64,000 nucleotides of DNA from Camelus dromedarius (taxonomy: Eukaryota), in NCBI RefSeq assembly GCF_036321535.1, contig NC_087436.1:71364001-71428000 (forward strand), written 5' to 3'. The position numbers and the translations under genes are program-made. The notes under the pieces were generated by a model, which was given only the letters and a program-made list of their open reading frames with translations, ran no database searches and was not told the origin of the DNA. The first letter of the stretch is position 1. The number at the start of each line of letters is the position of its first letter. Shown here piece after piece: positions 59,606 to 64,000 of the stretch.

Positions 59606-62499
59606 TGAACAAAGAAAAGTCATTAAAAGTGCTGGTCCTGGGTCGGTGTCCATCAGATTCAATTCTTCTCTTTGTCTGCTCTCCGCTACATCCTAAGGGG
59701 TCTGATTCCTGCAGCCTGTGTTTCTCAAACTCCCTTGTCAACTGACTTGCTGGGGACTGGCCAGTGAAAAGCACTAGTAGGGTACTGGAAGATGGGAGGA
59801 AGGGAGAAAGCAGGAGATCACTGCCTCATTTTGCCATGGGCAGCATCTTCACTGAGGTCTCCAGCTCCTACTAGACTGACCCGCCAGGGTTCCCACTCTG
59901 CTATGTGGCCTGGCTCCCCCTGAACCTTCTCCCTCTCTCCTCCAGCCAAGGGTTCCCCAACGTGTTGTTGCTAATCTCTGGCTCAGTGATCTCTGTTTGG
60001 CTTCTCTGCCCCTCCCTCATCTGTTTAACCAACTCCAAGGATTAAATTCCTAGTTTCAAATATAGACAGTTTCCACAAAATGTCTCCTCAGGTAAAATTT
60101 TCCCAGAAGAATGCCTACTGATCTTTATGTCCAAACTTCACAGATTTTATGAATTTGTCAGTACAGTATTTTCTGATTGATATTTATAAAAGCAATATTT
60201 ACATTTACATCTCAAAGCTCTACAGACCATTTTAAACAAAATAATGTCCCCTAATATGAGGGGAAAGCTTTGTGCTACATTCCAAATACAAATAGTAGCA
60301 CATTGGAATCACCTGTAGACGTTTTAAAAAGTGTGCCAACAGCAACCAAGGAGTGTCAGGTGTAACTTTTGGAGCCCTGACCTCACATGTTTGTTTGAAA
60401 CTGAACTCTGCCAATTTAGGAGAGCATGTAATTTCTTTGTTTACTGCTAGAGCTCCATCTTTCAGAACAATGTCTGGTATACATTAGCTGTTCATTAAAT
60501 ATTTTGTTGAATTAAGCACCTAGTAGGTGCTTCAGTTATTTAATCTATAGATTTAGAGGATTTCCACCACAGTAGCTTTGACTGAATTGCAAATGAATCA
60601 ACCGACCACTTTTTGATCCTTTTTAAAATTAATAGTTAAAACTTTATAGAATATTCTCTGATTCAAGAGAGAAAACCATAGAGACCCATAGAAGAATTCA
60701 TCTCTGGCCAGTAATGATCATAGTTTGTATTATTTTAGAAAGTTGTCCTGAGAACCCAAAGGTCTTCAGAGGTCCAGAGAAGGAGAGAAGGAACCTTTCT
60801 AAAACCACTAAATAAATAAATAAGCAGAGGATGGAAAGGAGTCCCTGAGAGTCAGAATTTCCCCCCTACCCCCTCTAGCACAAGAATCAGGAAACTTCTT
60901 TGAGAAACAATCTAGTTTTGGCAAAGATAGTGTGTGGTCTGGGATAGTGACTTAAGCTCTATTTTATCATGTGTAACATGTAGATAACAACATCTACCCT
61001 AATCTATATCACAGGAATTGGAGAAGATATAATGATTTTAAAATAATCTGTGTAAAACATAGCATTTTGTGAACTGCCGAGTTCCTTACCATTATCAGAG
61101 TGGAAGAAGTTATGAGATCAAAATATTTTAAAAAGAAGAAAACAATGTATTGTGCACATCTAATTTATAAACACTCAAATGACTTTGGACAACAGCATGA
61201 CTTACTGTAGTGAAATACATTCAAGTATTTTCAAGCAAAAAGCCCCATCTAAAAACCTATACACTGATTAAAAACTAAAAATTTCTACCAGTCCATATTC
61301 TTTCAGTGATTCACATGTCAAGAACAGAAATTTTTAAAATAGCCATTGTCATTTATATGTTTTATAGTTCATACTAGAAATTAATACAAAGACTGGATGA
61401 CTCCTGACCATCAACAGGGAAGCAGGAACTGAGGAACCCCAGAGTTGTAAGCTCTGTGATAAACAGCCAGCAGAAAAAATGATTATCAAAAAAATCCAAA
61501 AAACAAAACAAAAACAAAAACAACCTGAAAGCCCAAATCTGAGGTAGAAAAGGCTCATTCCATCTAGGCACAGACTACAAGCCACCCACCCCCAAACCTG
61601 TGTAAGCAAATCAGTTGCAAAACCTTTGCTGCCTCTTTCTGTCACCCAGGCATCATTCTTCTCCTGTGCCAGAGGACTGCATAGAAAAAGTACTCCTTAA
61701 TTGGTTTCATCTGTGCTTATTATGAATGTTTTTTTTAAACGAATCGCTAAATGACCTCTCCTTTTCCTCACTACCAATTTGCTACGGTTTGTTTTTCGAT
61801 CCTAGCTGTGAGCTTAGTCCAGGCGAGGCTGTGCCTTCCTGTCTGACAGTCTGGGGTTCAGGTAGTGACACTGTGAAGTTCTAGCTGTGAGGTCTATGGG
61901 AGGTACTTTTGTACTGAGCAAGTATAGACCCTGGATACTCCAAGAAAAGGCCGGCATTGTGGCTTCGAAGTTCTCTTTTCTCACGGTAGCCTGGCAACCA
62001 AACTGCGTCTCTTTGATGGAGGGCGTTCCTACTAGAAAACAGCTTTATGAAAAGTGTCAGGGTCATCTTTAGAAACCCAAAGAAAACAAAACAAAACCCC
62101 CCAAAAAAGCCTGCCACCAAGAAGGCAAAGAGAAGGAAAAAAAAAAAAAAAGCCACAGCACAACTCAATTATTCAGCTGCACACAACTGTGCCTGTCAGG
62201 TCTTCGTAACAACACTCACTTGAATTTAATTAAGTTTGTCCCTGTAGCCTGTGAACTACTCTGCCAGACCTGCCGGAATGGGATGAAAAGCCTGAAGGCA
62301 GACCCCGTGAGGCCATGGTTGATAAGGAGGGGCACTGCTTTCTGAGGTTAGGTAAATTCCCAGCCCCTTGCGCAGAAAATGCCCTGGGGAGAACCTTTTG
62401 AAGGCAGCATTGGAAGTTGGGTGGCCTGGGAGCCGAGACGGATGAGAACTTTTCCCACCAGGGACATGTCTGCCCCCTCTGGAGTCCTGGGGCTGAGGG

Positions 62500-62690
62500 T
62501 AAAATGCCTGGCTTTGGGAACTCTGAAGTCAAACAATTAGATCCAAGTGCCAGCCCTGCCACTTACTAGCTCTTTGGGGAAGTGCACTAATCTCTTTGAG
62601 TCTCAGTTCCTTCATTTTGTGAGCTAGGAAAGATCACAATTAAGTGAAGTAACATTGGTAAAATGCCTGACACTATTGGCTTGACAATGA
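62500..62690 (+). mobile_element. MIR SINE relic
   Basis: ccagccctgccacttactagct...taatctctttgagtctcagttccttcatttt. Confidence 0.75.
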
Positions 62691-64000
62691 TTCTTCTCAT
62701 TTCCGTGCTTAAACCTCTAAAATGTATTGTCATTTATTACAGAATAATTTCCAAATTTGATAACATGGTAGTGAACTTCAAAATATGCCAGCAGCCCATG
62801 CCTGTTGCCTCCAAATGCCTCACAGAAATACCCACCTTCTCCACTCAGCTTTCTCCCTCCTGTACCTGTGCAAAAACATTTTCCCTGGGCAGAAATATCC
62901 TGTCATTCTTCAAGATCTCATTCTAGTGTCCCCAAACACTTTTGTTTTACCTCTCCCAGGAAGTTAGCCATTCCAGCCCTAGAGTTCTCATAGCACTTGG
63001 ACTTTTCTCAATTAAAGAATCGGTATTACCCATTAAATCGAATGTTTCTCCCCAAATAAATCATAATCTCATGGGTATGGTTGGGTACCATTTATTTTTA
63101 TATTATTCCAGTATTTAACAAAGCATTCGATAAATATTTAATTGACAAAGGGATAATTTCCAGAATATCTCTATTTGCATCACTTCAAAATTTACATTTA
63201 AAATATTCTAGGAAGGGAATGCTTATTATTTCTGGCACCTCCCTACCCAGAGTATCTCTACAGAAATCAATAAACCTGAAGTTTGAATTATAGTAAAGAG
63301 GACTAAAATAAGAATAAAAGAGTTAGAAAGTGAATGAATACTAATTTTTGAACCTATAAACAGCTTGACCAGAGTATGCTGGAAACCCTTTCCTAATAAG
63401 ATAACAAATCCAGTGCAGAGACAAGATATGGTAAATATTAGAAATGTTAGCTATTCAAATATTTTCTAGCAGTTTCATTTCACTAAAATCAAATTATTAT
63501 TTGTTTTAAACCACTTTGTTTTGATTAAAAAGTTTGATGGAAATTATTTTTATTAATCTGATTTTAATTTAGCAATTTTTCTTTCTGAAGTTTATTCTAT
63601 TGATGAAAAAAGACACAATTGGAACCCGAGATTTATAACATTTTAGAATTCAGAAGTACCTGAGATATGACCTAGACCTCCATCCTGTTTTTTACGAGTG
63701 AGAAAACTCTAGGACCTGGAAATGTTAAGAAACTTGCCCAAGCCTTGCTACTAGTCAGACTAAAATTGAGTTATCTTGTCTCCCCATTTCAATCTCTTTC
63801 TAGCAGGCCACTGAAAGGTAGAACCACCTGGTGCTATGGCAATGGTGGGAACCTTTGAAGACTGGACATTTTTTATAATGAACTCACCTTGCCCAGATCT
63901 AAGCTTCTGGGCAGCTTAGGATCAAGAGAATCACATCTCCTTCACAGCTGACTTGAAAGGCCAATCTTCATTAGCATTCTTCATAATATTATTAACTTAT

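Noticed and set aside
1..64000. A novel multi-gene system, CRISPR array, or prokaryotic/phage insert
   Set aside because: I found no repeat-spacer arrays, operon-like ORF clusters or foreign-looking coding blocks. The recognisable content is ADAMTS3 exons, its CpG island and mammalian repeats.

Overview
Mammalian genomic DNA, most likely a camelid, judged from two Vic-1-like tRNA-derived SINEs and the young L1 3' ends. The window holds the 5' end of ADAMTS3 on the minus strand: a CpG-island promoter (~23.6-25.5 kb), coding exon 1 (24364-24432), a 28-nt exon 2 (23051-23078) and exon 3 (4711-5117). These splice in frame with GT-AG boundaries to give residues 1-168 (signal peptide plus prodomain); the rest of the gene lies beyond the left edge. 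Positions ~25.5-64 kb are upstream intergenic DNA dense in L1, LTR, DNA-transposon, MIR and L2 relics. I found no evidence of a new multi-gene system, CRISPR array or prokaryotic DNA. The most notable observations are a 14-codon uORF and an exact UPRE/HRE motif at the ADAMTS3 5' end, an immediate stop codon if exon 2 is skipped, a 29-nt tailless U6 retrocopy with a target-site duplication (TSD), a twin-primed inverted L1, an L1 with a probable 3' transduction, and a cluster of near-identical young L1s in inverted orientation. Repeat family names come from remembered consensus sequences and need Dfam/RepeatMasker confirmation.
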